This document shows, in pieces, positions 51,578-61,719 of a DNA stretch of 64,000 bases. This DNA comes from Thermoanaerobaculia bacterium (GTDB lineage: Bacteria; Acidobacteriota; Thermoanaerobaculia; Multivoradales; UBA5704): assembly GCA_044226625.1 (NCBI GenBank), contig JBGAGQ010000012.1, forward strand, positions 54,073 to 118,072, read 5' to 3'. The position numbers were made by a program, and so were the translations under genes. Within the stretch, counting starts at the first letter, position 1. Every line of letters begins with the position of its first letter. Under the pieces are notes generated by a model that had not been told where the DNA came from, made no database searches, and was given only the letters and a program-made list of their open reading frames with translations.

Positions 51578-51651
51578 TGGGAGGTCGTTCAACGGTAGGA
51601 CATGCGGCTCTGACCCGCAGAATCGGGGTTCGAATCCCTGCCTCCCAGCCA
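51578..51651 (+). tRNA. tRNA-Gln (anticodon CTG)
   Basis: Acceptor TGGGAGG/CCTCCCA, anticodon arm TGCGG-CTCTGAC-CCGCA, GGTTCGAATCC T-loop, encoded CCA. Confidence 0.97.
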
Positions 51652-51917
51652 AGATTCAAGATTTACAAATCTCGCCGGTCTCCCCTCCAGATTGCCGTTC
51701 TCGCCGCCGAAGTGGCTCTTCAGGCAATCGTCTCGTCGCATCGAGGCGGTCCCGGTGCAAGAAACCTTCCCTTCGCGATCCGTTCGTCGCGGCAGTAGCG
51801 CCGGAAAGGCGAACGGCCAACGCATAGATATTCGCGCATTTCTGCACTACCCATGTAGGCGGGCTGGCCCGCACGACATGGCGTTGGACGAGACCAGCCC
51901 GAGCAAGGAGTCTCGGT

Positions 51918-52196
51918 ATGTTGGCCCGACGCGACCCTGCCCCCGGTACGGCCCTCCTGGTCCTCGCTCTATTCCTCGGATTCGGTTCGGCTTCGGCGCG
52001 GTTGCTCGATTTCGGCGGAACCCTTTGGGAAGCTTCGAGTCGCCTCCTCTCGGAGGCGAGCGCCGCCCTTCTCGGTCAAGACCCCGCGTACCCGACCGCC
52101 TCGGTGGGCGCTGAAAGCTCGCAAGGAACGGATGGCGGCGGGGGAACGGCAGACGCCGGGGTGATCATCGATCCCAACGGCTCTCCCAAGCCGTAG
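51918..52196 (+). CDS. Small secreted peptide precursor ending in GVIIDPNG
   Basis: AAGGAG RBS, signal peptide with ASA cleavage site, own terminator; shares motif with 13549-13881. Confidence 0.8.
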   Translation: MLARRDPAPGTALLVLALFLGFGSASARLLDFGGTLWEASSRLLSEASAALLGQDPAYPTASVGAESSQGTDGGGGTADAGVIIDPNGSPKP

Positions 52197-52211
52197 CTCG
52201 ACGAAGCGAGG

Positions 52212-52244
52212 CGCTCGGGGCCCTCTCGCGGCCCCGAGCGTTTT
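52212..52244 (+). terminator. Intrinsic terminator after the peptide gene
   Basis: CGCTCGGGGCC-loop-GGCCCCGAGCG-TTTT. Confidence 0.8.
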
Positions 52245-52250
52245 CGGCGT

Positions 52251-53093
52251 TCAGCGTAAGGGAGTGGCCGCCACCGGAATGTCGAGGTGTGCGTGCGTGA
52301 CGAGCCCCGGCGGTAGACCCGCTTGGATCAGCTCGGGAACTCCTCCGTAGGTCGAGCCGTCGCTATGGAAGATCACCTCGATCAGCACCATCGGCGATTG
52401 GCCCGCCGCGAGACTCTGGGGGCAGAAGTTGATCTCGCGCTCGAACCGGGCGCTGCCGCGAGGATCGGCCACAACGGCGTTCGGCACGCCGCCGAGCGGA
52501 ATCGGGTAGGGACCGTTCGGCGTGCTCATCACTCCCCAGATGGTGTAGAGACCGTGGGGGATCAGCCGTCGGAACCGGATGTCGACATTCGCGCCGCCCC
52601 GACCGTCGCAGTCGAAGCGGGCGGTCGCGCCCGCGGCGAGCCACTGGCGGAGGGTGATCCAATGGCTGTCGGCGTTGCGGCTGACCTCCAGCTGTCCGGC
52701 GAGATTCTGGTCGCGCAAGGGCGACCGCGTACCGTCGAAGCCGGTGTAGGCCGCCACGCGGCGCAAGGGAACGTTCAGGAGACGTGCCTCGGGCGCGGGG
52801 ATGCCGAACGCCGCGACGATGAACGGATCGACGTCCGTCGCGAGGATGGATTCGGGAGGCGAGGCGGGGGTGAGGGGAAGGGCGACGGTTCCTTCGGGAT
52901 CCCGAGCTCCGAGCATCGTGAAGCCGAAGGTGCCCAAACCTCCGCCCAGCTCCCAGATCGGCTCCCCGAGGAAGCGGTTCAATCCGGTGACCGCGCGTCC
53001 TTCACGAACCAGGGGTGGAGCGGGTGCGGCATGTGCTGCTGCGGCGGCCCAACAAAAGACGACTCCAAGTACGGCAGCTTTGCGGAGAGACAT
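52251..53093 (-). CDS. Secreted hypothetical protein
   Basis: Signal peptide (AHA); LIPHGLYTIW and FHSDGSTYG motifs. Confidence 0.75.
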   Translation of the reverse strand: MSLRKAAVLGVVFCWAAAAAHAAPAPPLVREGRAVTGLNRFLGEPIWELGGGLGTFGFTMLGARDPEGTVALPLTPASPPESILATDVDPFIVAAFGIPAPEARLLNVPLRRVAAYTGFDGTRSPLRDQNLAGQLEVSRNADSHWITLRQWLAAGATARFDCDGRGGANVDIRFRRLIPHGLYTIWGVMSTPNGPYPIPLGGVPNAVVADPRGSARFEREINFCPQSLAAGQSPMVLIEVIFHSDGSTYGGVPELIQAGLPPGLVTHAHLDIPVAATPLR

Positions 53094-53212
53094 GATGCCC
53101 CCTTTCGGTTGCGGAGGACCCCTCGGTCGAGAGGTCCTCCCCTAACCAGAAGAGGTGCGGCAGGGGGAAAAAGCCGAGCGTCTTTACGTCACGCCCGGCC
53201 TCCCTTCGAAGA

Positions 53213-56200
53213 CTAATCCCCGTCGCTCGTCACGGCCGCGCTGGTGCCGACCGTGGCGCGCCCCGGCTGCTGCCAGAAGAAGGGGGCGTGTTTCTGCGGC
53301 CGCGCACCCGCCTCGTTCATCGTCTTGGCGTCGAAGACCCGGCCGTTCTGGACTACCGTGTCGATGGAGGTCGTGTTGCGGATGTTCTCGAGCGGATTCG
53401 CGGAGAGGATCACCAGATCGGCGAGCTTGCCCTTTTCGAGCGAACCGACGTCCTTGTCCATCCCGAGGTACCGAGCGCCCTGCAGCGTCGCCGACCGGAT
53501 GGCCTCGAGCGGGCTCATGCCGCCCTGGGCGAGCATCCACATCTCCCAATGGGCGCCGAGCCCTTCGCGCTGGCCGTGGGCGCCCACCTGCACGGAGACG
53601 CCGGAATCGGAGAGTTTCTTCGCCACCTCCGCGTTACGGATGTGAGAGTACTCTTCGTCTGGTGCGGTAACCCGCCGGCGGGAGCGCTCGTCGACGATCT
53701 CGCGCGGCACGAAAGAGAGCAGGCGCTCGTCCTCCCAGACATGCGTCTTGTCGTACCAGTAGTTCTCGCCCCAGATTCCGCCGTATCCGACGATCAGCGT
53801 CGGCGTGTACCCGACCTGAGTGCCGGACCAGAGCTGTACGACGTCGGCGTAGATCTTCGCCATCGGGATCGAATGCTCGACTCCGGTGTGGCCGTCGACC
53901 ACCATGTTCATGTTGTACTCGAAGAGCGATCCGCCCTCGGGAACGACCATGATGCCGAGCTCGCGGGCCGCGGCGAGCACTTCCTGGCGCTGCTCGCGAC
54001 GCGGCTGGTTGTAGCTCTTCACCGAGACCGCACCCACCGCTTTCATGCGTCGAATGTGGCCGCGGGCGTCTTCGATGCTATCGACCGGCGCCATGAAATT
54101 CGTGTCGGCGCCGTAAAGAATGGTGCCAGTCGAGAAGATGCGCGGCGCGACGATCAAACCCGCGCGCTGGAGCTCGGCGGCGGCGAAAACGGTCGCGGTG
54201 TCGTTCGACGGATCGTGGAGGGTGGTCACCCCGAAGCCGAGGCTGGCGTAGGTCACCCAGTTCGTCTGCGGGATCACGTCGTCGGTGCCGAAGGTGCCGT
54301 GCCAATGGACGTCGACGATCCCGGGCATCACGGTCTTGCCTTTGCCGTCGATCACGAACGCTCCGGCCGGAACCGAAACGTCCGCCCGCGGTCCGATCGC
54401 GGCGATCCGGTTGCCGTCGATCACCACCGTGCCATCCTCGATCACCTCGTCGGTTCGATCGGCGCGCACGGTGATGATCCGGGCGCCGACGACCGCGACC
54501 TTCCCCTTCGGGGCGTCGGCCGTCGTCGTGAAGCCGATCTGGATCCCGGAGGTCGGCGGCTCCGGCAGCTTCTCGGGGGCGCCGTCGAGGAAGGCGAAGG
54601 CGTCCTTGAGATCGCGCTGGAACAGCTCGGGCCCCTGCGTCCAGTAGAGCCGCTTCGAGTCGCCGGCCCAGTGGACGTACCAGCCCGCCTCGCGCGTCAC
54701 CTTGGTGATCGGAACGTTCTTGCCCTCCCGGTCGAGCGCGAGCGGCTCCACGCCGCCGAGCGCGTCGAACGGAGCGACGTACACGTTCCAGAGATCGACG
54801 AAGGCGACCCAATTGCCATTCGGGGAGACCCGATACTGCACCGCCTTCTCGCTCTTGGCGAGCGTTCGGGTGTCCGCGCCGTTCATGTCGACCGAGAAGA
54901 GCTCGCTGCCGTCGGGGGAAAACCGCGTGAGGTAGACGCGATCGGCGGAGGCGCCGAACTGCGGATCGCTCCCGTCCTTGCTGATCCGCACCGGATCGCC
55001 CCCCAGCGCCGGAACCCGCCAGACGCCGAGGTCGTTCGACCAGGCCGCCGTGCGCAGGAATCCGCCGGAGATGCGCCGATAGACGATCTGCTTGCCGTCG
55101 GGCGTGAACGTCGGCTCGGCGTAATGCCCCGGGGTCGAGGTCATTTTCCTGCTCTCACCGCCGGCGGCTGGCACCACGCGGACGCTGCCCAGGGAGGAGT
55201 CGTCCCAGGTGGTGTAGACGATCGAGCGACCGTCCCGGGAGAACGCGGGCGCCATCTCGATCTCGTCGTTCTGCGTGGTCAAGCGCCGGGGGGTACCGTT
55301 TGGCAGGTCGCGAACCCAGAGCTTGCCGAGCGCCTGATAAACCACCCGTTCGCCGCGCGGCGCGACCTGCACCCAGCGGAGCATCTTGACCGGAAAGCGC
55401 TGCGGCGCCACGTCGACGGGGAACCGGACCGAATCGAAAACCTGGCGAGTCGCCTTCACGTGGAAGGGGATCGTCGCGACCTTCTTGCTGGCCACGTCGA
55501 TGCGGTTGATCTTGCCTGCGGCGTAGAAGACGATCGATTTGGAGTCGGGCATCCAGGCCATGCGGGGATAGACGCCCTGGACCGCCCAGGTCTCCTGGAG
55601 ATCCCGCTCCATGCCGTCATAGAGGGGGAAGATCTCTCCCGAGCGAAGGTCCATCACGTGGAGCACGCTCTTGCCGCGAACCCGCCGGATGAACGCGAGC
55701 GACTTGCCGTCCGGAGAGGGCGTCGGACGCACGGCGCCGCCGGGTCCCGAGAGGAGGGTTTCGTTCTCGCCCGTCTGGCGGTCGAGGCGCTCGATCACAT
55801 AGATCTCGGCGTTCGGGTCCTTGTTGTATTCGAAGGTCGTTCCCGCGGTGTTGTCCCGGCTGTAGTAGACGTAGCGTCCGTCAGGCGAAAAGGCAGGCTC
55901 GCCGATGTCCTTCTGGAACGTCGTGCTCGGCCGCTTCGTGAGCGCGATCCCGCCACCGCCGCCGGTGTGGTAGAGCCAGATCTCGCCGCTGCCTAGCGAG
56001 CGGGTGGTGGAGAAGTGCTTGTGCCCAGCGAGATAGTTCCCGTCCGGCGTCCAGACGGGGCTATTCAGGAGGCGGAACGTCTCCTTCGAAATCTGACGCG
56101 GGTCCTTGCCCGAGCGGTCGACCGTCCAGAGGTTGTCGCCCCCCCCTTGATCGCTGGTGAAGGCGATGCGCTTCCCGTTGGGGCTGTAGGTCGGCTGCAT

Positions 56201-56524
56201 CTGCCACGCGACGTCGTGCGTGAGAGCTTTCGCCTCGCCGCCCGTGATCGGGATCGTGTAGAGGTCGCCCAGGAGGTCGAACACGATCTCCTTGCCGTCG
56301 GGGCTCACATCCAGGCTGAGCCAGGTCCCCTCGTCGACGTCGATCGCCACCTCGTGCGACGGTCCGAGACCGGCCGGGGCGTTGACGTCCCACTTCTCGT
56401 CCTTCTTCTCATCCTTCTTCTCGGCCGTCTTCTCGTCTTGCGCGCGGAGAGGGGCGGCGCCCCAGGGCGCCGCGAGCAGGATCGGCGCAAGGAGGGCGAG
56501 CCCGAGGCGGGCGGTTCTCTTCAT
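53213..56524 (-). CDS. Amidohydrolase with N-terminal TolB-like (PD40) beta-propellers
   Basis: Signal peptide; repeated SPDG/TPDG; PGIVDVHWH, GSLEKGKLADLVIL. Confidence 0.93.
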   Translation of the reverse strand: MKRTARLGLALLAPILLAAPWGAAPLRAQDEKTAEKKDEKKDEKWDVNAPAGLGPSHEVAIDVDEGTWLSLDVSPDGKEIVFDLLGDLYTIPITGGEAKALTHDVAWQMQPTYSPNGKRIAFTSDQGGGDNLWTVDRSGKDPRQISKETFRLLNSPVWTPDGNYLAGHKHFSTTRSLGSGEIWLYHTGGGGGIALTKRPSTTFQKDIGEPAFSPDGRYVYYSRDNTAGTTFEYNKDPNAEIYVIERLDRQTGENETLLSGPGGAVRPTPSPDGKSLAFIRRVRGKSVLHVMDLRSGEIFPLYDGMERDLQETWAVQGVYPRMAWMPDSKSIVFYAAGKINRIDVASKKVATIPFHVKATRQVFDSVRFPVDVAPQRFPVKMLRWVQVAPRGERVVYQALGKLWVRDLPNGTPRRLTTQNDEIEMAPAFSRDGRSIVYTTWDDSSLGSVRVVPAAGGESRKMTSTPGHYAEPTFTPDGKQIVYRRISGGFLRTAAWSNDLGVWRVPALGGDPVRISKDGSDPQFGASADRVYLTRFSPDGSELFSVDMNGADTRTLAKSEKAVQYRVSPNGNWVAFVDLWNVYVAPFDALGGVEPLALDREGKNVPITKVTREAGWYVHWAGDSKRLYWTQGPELFQRDLKDAFAFLDGAPEKLPEPPTSGIQIGFTTTADAPKGKVAVVGARIITVRADRTDEVIEDGTVVIDGNRIAAIGPRADVSVPAGAFVIDGKGKTVMPGIVDVHWHGTFGTDDVIPQTNWVTYASLGFGVTTLHDPSNDTATVFAAAELQRAGLIVAPRIFSTGTILYGADTNFMAPVDSIEDARGHIRRMKAVGAVSVKSYNQPRREQRQEVLAAARELGIMVVPEGGSLFEYNMNMVVDGHTGVEHSIPMAKIYADVVQLWSGTQVGYTPTLIVGYGGIWGENYWYDKTHVWEDERLLSFVPREIVDERSRRRVTAPDEEYSHIRNAEVAKKLSDSGVSVQVGAHGQREGLGAHWEMWMLAQGGMSPLEAIRSATLQGARYLGMDKDVGSLEKGKLADLVILSANPLENIRNTTSIDTVVQNGRVFDAKTMNEAGARPQKHAPFFWQQPGRATVGTSAAVTSDGD

Positions 56525-56633
56525 CGGTGTCCTTCCCTTCAAGGGTTTAGTCCGGAGCGTAATACGCAGCGGCGGTGGCCAGGTTTATACAGGGCGGTAA
56601 TTCTGGCGCAGGGACGCGCCGCTCGCGAGAGGG

Positions 56634-56662
56634 AAAAAGAAAAGGGGGCCCGAAGGCCCCCT
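56634..56662 (-). terminator. Intrinsic terminator after the TonB-dependent receptor gene
   Basis: AGGGGGCC-TTCG-GGCCCCCT followed by a T-rich run on the minus strand. Confidence 0.85.
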
Positions 56663-56688
56663 CGAAGGTACGGCTTTGAGGACGACTC

Positions 56689-59600
56689 TTAGAAGTCGTA
56701 GCGCGCCGCGAGCTGGATGGTCCGCGGGGTGCCGCCGCCGTTCTTCGCGCCGAACGTCGCGTTCGGGGTCTGCCCGGTGCCCCAGACGGTGTTGACCACC
56801 GAACGGTTCTCGGCGTCGGTGCAGTTGAAGCACTCGGCGAAGACGGAGAGGTTGCCCGGGCCGAGCTTGAACTCCTTTGCCAGGCGAAGGTCGAGGCTCT
56901 GGAAGTCCGGCTGGCGGAAGCTGTTGCGGGCGAAGTGGACACCGCCCACCGTCGGCCGGTCGGTCGTGCTCTCACCGTCGTTGTTGAGGTCGGAGTTGAC
57001 GGTCGCGTTGTACGGCGAGCCAGGCGAAGGGGCGAAGTGGACACCGCCCACCGTCGGCCGGTCGGTCGTGCTCTCACCGTCGTTGTTGAGGTCGGAGTTG
57101 ACGGTCGCGTTGTACGGCGAGCCGGTGGCGTAACGGAAAGCGCCCGACACGCTGAGGCCCCACCACGGGGTCTGCCAGAGGCCGTTGATCACGCCCTTCC
57201 AGCGCTGGTCGCGGTTCGAGTAGCCGTAGTTGAGGTCGAGGTCGTTGTAGTCCTCGGCCTGGATGCCGGCGAAGTTCCGCTCGTTGGAGTCGTTGTCCTT
57301 GTCCTTCGAGTAGGTGAGCGCCGCGTAGTAGCTGAAGTTGTTGGCCAGGCGACGGTTCAGGGTGCCGGTCAACGCGATGTACTTCGAGCGGGCGTCGGAC
57401 ACGCTGGTGGTGATGCGGCCGTAGAACGGATACGGGAACACCGTCGAGCTGTAGCGCGGCAGACCGTTGGACGCGGTCGCGCCGTCGTACTGCCGGTTGA
57501 TGTCGACCAGACGCTGGAGCTGCTTGGTCTCGGCGTAGGTGAAGTCGAGGCCGAACGAGGTGAGCGGCAGGATCTCGCGCTCGCCGCTCAAGGTGATGCG
57601 GTCGGTGTAGGGGTTCTCGAAGCTCGAGTCGATGACGAACACGCCCGGCCGGCTCGGGTTCGGCACGCGGGTGAAATCGATCCGCTCGACGCCCACCGGG
57701 TTGAAGTTGTTGCCCCAGCCCGGCGACAGGGGATCGGTCGGCTGGAGGATGGTGTTGCCGTTACGCGGCGCCGAGATGATGTACTGGGTGCCGACGATGC
57801 CGTTGCTGGTGAACAGCTGGGCGAGCAGGATCGCCGGGGTGCGGCTCCAGTAGCGGCCGGCCGAGAAGCGGAGGGCGGTCTTCGAATCCGGCGCCCAGGA
57901 GAGGCCGATGCGCGGCGAGAGCTGGTCGGACAGGCTCTGATCCGGGATCGAGCGCGTCAGGCGGAACGAGCCGTTGGCGTTGCGGTCGTCGGGGTTCAGG
58001 GTCTTCGTGTTCGGGTTGTCCTGCGACTCGGCGCGGATGCCGGCCGAAAGGGTCAGGTTGCTCGAAAGGAACCACTGATCCTGCAGGAACAGGGCGGTCT
58101 CTTTCTGGCCGAAGGAGGCGCGGCCCGCTTCGGAAGAAGTCCGGCCGCCGAGGCCGCCGAACTGGCGGTACTGCGACCAGCGGCCGGCGAGAAGATCGGC
58201 TTCGTTGTTGAAGATGTAGACGCCGCGCCAGTTGCCGCGGAAGACCTGGTCGATCGAGGTGTCGTTGTATTCGCCGCCCGCCTTGATCACGTGATCGCCG
58301 TGCATGAAGGTCACGGTGTCGCCGATCGCCTTGCGCTCGGTGGTCGAGGTGATCGGGAGGAACGCGACCTCGCCGTAGCGCGCGGTGCCGAGCTGAATCT
58401 CTGGGAGGTTCAGTCCCTTGTCCTCGCGCGGCGTGTCCTCGGTGATGTAGTTCAGGTTCAGGTCGTTCAGGAGGTTCGCGCCGAACTGGCCGGACCAGGA
58501 GCCGACGTAGGACTTCGAGTCGAGACCCTCGACGCCGTTGTAGCTCTCGGTGCGGGTCGAGGAGTTCGAGGTGCCGTTGACGCCGTCGTACTTGGTCTTG
58601 TTGGCGCGGACCAGGAAGCGATGGTGGTCGTTCGCCTGATAGTCGATGCGCCCGAACAGGACGTCGCCGTCCTGGGTCTGCACGTAGGACGACGGGGAGG
58701 CGAGGACCGGATACTTCGCGAAGATCGCCGGGCTGAGCACGAAGGAAGCGATCGGCTCGGTCTCGGACTTCTCCTGCTTGTCGTACGAGGCGAAGAAGAA
58801 CAGCTTGTCCTTCATGATCGGGCCGCCGATCGAGCCGCCGTACTGCTTCTTCTCCTGGTCCTTCGGCTCGGTGCCGTCGGCGAAGTTCGAGATCAGGCTC
58901 TGCGGCTGGTCGTAGTAGAAGACCGAACCGTGGAAGTTGTTCGTGCCGCTCTTCGTGATGACGTTCACGAAGCCGCCGCCCGAGCGGCCGAACTCGACCG
59001 AGGCGCCGTTCGTGATGACGGTGAACTCCTTGATCGACTCCTGCGAGATGGCGAGCGGGGCGCGGTCTTCGGCGCTGCCGACCGTGCCGCCGAAGAAGGC
59101 GTTGTTGTAGTCGACGCCGTCGACGGTGACGTTGGTGTTGATTCCGCGCTGGCCCGAAAGCGACAGGTTGCCGCGCTCGGAATCCTTGCGCGACTCGGGG
59201 GTGAGGAGTACCAGGCTGCGGAACTCGCGGCCGTTGATCGGAATCTGCTGGATCTGCTCGGTCTGGATCGTCGTGCCGACCGCGGTGTTGGTCACCTCGA
59301 CGACCGGCGCCTCGCTGGTGACGGTGATCGACTCGGTGACCGTCCCGGGCTGAAGCGTGAAGTTGAGGGTCGGCGCCTCGCCGAGGAGCAGACGGATCTC
59401 GCGATTCGCCGGGCCGAAGCCGTCGAGGGTCGCGGTGACCGAGTACATGCCGGTCGGCAGGTTGAAGATGCGATAGCCACCGGCGTCGTTGGTGATCGCG
59501 ACGACCTGAAGGCCGGTCTCCTGGTTCTTGGCCTCCACGGTGACGCCCGGCAGCGGCGCGCCGTCAGAACCGGTAACGGTGCCGGAAATTCGACTGGTGG

Positions 59601-59700
59601 TGACGTCGGTCTGGGCGAAAGCGGCCGTCGCGAACCCCGCGAGCAGCAGCAAGCTCGCAAGCGCGAACGTCCATCGGGACTGGGCTCGACCTCGATGCAC
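56689..59700 (-). CDS. TonB-dependent receptor (Oar-like, carboxypeptidase-regulatory N-domain)
   Basis: AAGGAGG RBS; GAPLPGVTV, EFGRSGGG, TKSGTN, C-terminal RYDF. Confidence 0.93.
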   Translation of the reverse strand: MHRGRAQSRWTFALASLLLLAGFATAAFAQTDVTTSRISGTVTGSDGAPLPGVTVEAKNQETGLQVVAITNDAGGYRIFNLPTGMYSVTATLDGFGPANREIRLLLGEAPTLNFTLQPGTVTESITVTSEAPVVEVTNTAVGTTIQTEQIQQIPINGREFRSLVLLTPESRKDSERGNLSLSGQRGINTNVTVDGVDYNNAFFGGTVGSAEDRAPLAISQESIKEFTVITNGASVEFGRSGGGFVNVITKSGTNNFHGSVFYYDQPQSLISNFADGTEPKDQEKKQYGGSIGGPIMKDKLFFFASYDKQEKSETEPIASFVLSPAIFAKYPVLASPSSYVQTQDGDVLFGRIDYQANDHHRFLVRANKTKYDGVNGTSNSSTRTESYNGVEGLDSKSYVGSWSGQFGANLLNDLNLNYITEDTPREDKGLNLPEIQLGTARYGEVAFLPITSTTERKAIGDTVTFMHGDHVIKAGGEYNDTSIDQVFRGNWRGVYIFNNEADLLAGRWSQYRQFGGLGGRTSSEAGRASFGQKETALFLQDQWFLSSNLTLSAGIRAESQDNPNTKTLNPDDRNANGSFRLTRSIPDQSLSDQLSPRIGLSWAPDSKTALRFSAGRYWSRTPAILLAQLFTSNGIVGTQYIISAPRNGNTILQPTDPLSPGWGNNFNPVGVERIDFTRVPNPSRPGVFVIDSSFENPYTDRITLSGEREILPLTSFGLDFTYAETKQLQRLVDINRQYDGATASNGLPRYSSTVFPYPFYGRITTSVSDARSKYIALTGTLNRRLANNFSYYAALTYSKDKDNDSNERNFAGIQAEDYNDLDLNYGYSNRDQRWKGVINGLWQTPWWGLSVSGAFRYATGSPYNATVNSDLNNDGESTTDRPTVGGVHFAPSPGSPYNATVNSDLNNDGESTTDRPTVGGVHFARNSFRQPDFQSLDLRLAKEFKLGPGNLSVFAECFNCTDAENRSVVNTVWGTGQTPNATFGAKNGGGTPRTIQLAARYDF
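56928..57123. repeat. Exact 94-bp duplication (102-bp period, in frame) inside the TonB receptor gene
   Basis: 56928-57021 = 57030-57123; duplicates GSPYNATVNSDLNNDGESTTDRPTVGGVHFA. Confidence 0.92.
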
Positions 59701-60011
59701 GGTGATTCCTCCTTGGTTCACTTGAAGTGGTTTCCTGAGAACGGCTTAGGGTTAGATCTCAAACTTGATTCTAACGATCGGGAGAGGGCGAACGGTGCCG
59801 TACGGAACGCCACGACGTGACGAAGCGGCAACGGCTGGCGGCAGTGGAGCCATGGTAGGCTCGCTTCCCGTACCGCTCGACCGGGCATTTCGACCTCGGA
59901 TTCTCGTCTGCGACCTGATCGATTTACGACGTCGGGCCCGCGTAGCGCGGTTCGAGATCCCGGAAGCCGTAGCGACCCTGAAACCTGAACCCTGTCCGGC
60001 GAGCGCCTGGA

Positions 60012-60506
60012 ATGATACTCCAAGACCGGCCTTTGGTGAGCGTGGTGATGGGCAGCCGTTCGGACTGGGAAACGATGCGGCGGGCCGTCGAGACGCTCGA
60101 GAATTTCTCGATTCCCCACGAACGGCGGATCGTTTCGGCCCACCGCACGCCGGAGCTCCTCCGGGACTTCGCCCGAGGCGCGCGGGACCGCGGGATCCAA
60201 GCGATCATCGCCGGGGCCGGGGGGGCCGCCCATCTCCCCGGAATGATCGCCGCCTGGACGGTTCTCCCGGTCTTCGGCGTGCCGGTTCAAAGTCGTAGCC
60301 TCAAAGGGTTGGATTCTCTGTTGTCGATCGTCCAGATGCCCGCCGGAGTGCCCGTCGGCACGGTCGCGATCGGCGAGGCGGGCGCCACGAACGCCGCCCT
60401 GCTCGCCATCCGTTGCCTCGCCACCACTCGTCCGGAGCTCGCCGAGCGGCTTGCCGCGTTCGCGGCCGAGCAGGAGCGCAAGGTGCTCGAGGACTCCCTC
60501 GACTGA
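60012..60506 (+). CDS. purE: N5-CAIR mutase
   Basis: [29 protein letters not shown]. Confidence 0.97.
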   Translation: MILQDRPLVSVVMGSRSDWETMRRAVETLENFSIPHERRIVSAHRTPELLRDFARGARDRGIQAIIAGAGGAAHLPGMIAAWTVLPVFGVPVQSRSLKGLDSLLSIVQMPAGVPVGTVAIGEAGATNAALLAIRCLATTRPELAERLAAFAAEQERKVLEDSLD

Positions 60507-60561
60507 TGCGGGTCGCGCCTTTGGAGCGGAACGGCGCTACTCGACGAACCCTCGCCGCGGC

Positions 60562-61719
60562 ATGACGATCCTCCCCGGTTCGATCATCGGAGTCCTCGGC
60601 AGCGGCCAGCTCGGCCGAATGTTTGCCATCGCCGCGCGCAAGATGGGTTATCGAGTCCACACCTTCTCGCCCGATCGGGACACGCCGACCGGCCAGGTGG
60701 CGGATCTGGAAGTCGTCGCGGCGTATGAGGATCTCGAGGCGGTCCGTAGGTTCGCCGGACAGGTCGCGGCCATCACCTTCGAATTCGAGAACGTCCCAGC
60801 CGCGACCGCGTCGGCCGCGGCCGAGCTCGTTCCCGTCCGCCCGTCGGGGAAGGTTCTCCACGTCACCCAGAACCGCCTGAGAGAAAAAGGGTTCCTCGCT
60901 GACCACGGCTTCCCGGTGGCACCGTTCGCGGCGGTTCGCTCGCCAGCCGATCTCGCGCGGGCCGTCGCGTCGATCGGCTGCCCGGCGGTGCTCAAGACCG
61001 CCGGTTGGGGGTATGACGGCAAAGGGCAAGCCGTGATCCGCACCGCGGACGAGGCGGAGGCGGCCTGGGATGCTCTTGGATTCGGAGCGGAAGGCGAGGC
61101 GATCCTCGAGGCGTTCGTCGACTTCTCTCTGGAGCTCTCGGTCGTCGGTGCCCGCGGAATGGATGGCGCGTTCGCCTCCTGGGGAGCGCTCGAAAATCAT
61201 CACGACCGGCACATCCTCGATCTCACCATCGCCCCCGCCCGGGTGCCGGAGGCCGTCGCCGCTCGGGCGGTCGACCTCGCGCGCGAGATCCTCGAGGCGC
61301 TGGACGTCGTCGGCGTCCTGTGCGTCGAGCTCTTCCTGACTCGCGACGGCCGTCTGCTGGTCAACGAGCTCGCGCCCAGGCCCCACAACTCGGGACATTT
61401 CTCCTTCGATGCCGCCGTCACCAGCCAGTTCGAGCAGCAGCTGCGCGCCGTCTGCGGTTTGCCGCTCGGTTCGACTCGCCTCCACCGGCCGGCGGCGATG
61501 GCGAACCTCCTGGGCGACCTCTGGGTCGACGGGGAGCCCGATTGGTCGGCGGCCCTGGCCCACCCCGAGGTGAAGCTCCACCTCTACGGCAAGCTCGAGG
61601 CGAGGCCGGGACGCAAGATGGGGCATCTGACCGCTTTCGGCGAGACGGCGGACGAGGCGGCCGCGCTCGCCCGGGCGGCGCGAGCGGCGCTCTCGCGGGC
61701 GCCGGGGAGGTCGGCATGA
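60562..61719 (+). CDS. purK: N5-CAIR synthase
   Basis: GSGQLGRM, GYDGKGQ, NELAPRPHNSGH, RKMGH. Confidence 0.97.
   Translation: MTILPGSIIGVLGSGQLGRMFAIAARKMGYRVHTFSPDRDTPTGQVADLEVVAAYEDLEAVRRFAGQVAAITFEFENVPAATASAAAELVPVRPSGKVLHVTQNRLREKGFLADHGFPVAPFAAVRSPADLARAVASIGCPAVLKTAGWGYDGKGQAVIRTADEAEAAWDALGFGAEGEAILEAFVDFSLELSVVGARGMDGAFASWGALENHHDRHILDLTIAPARVPEAVAARAVDLAREILEALDVVGVLCVELFLTRDGRLLVNELAPRPHNSGHFSFDAAVTSQFEQQLRAVCGLPLGSTRLHRPAAMANLLGDLWVDGEPDWSAALAHPEVKLHLYGKLEARPGRKMGHLTAFGETADEAAALARAARAALSRAPGRSA

Noticed and set aside
51652-53200. Integrated element at tRNA-Gln
   Set aside because: No integrase and no duplicated tRNA 3' end found in the window.
56935-59820. Long antisense ORFs (also 53288..55996, 34914..37430, 39605..41893, 37531..39639)
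   Set aside because: Shadow ORFs from high-GC codon bias opposite clear genes.
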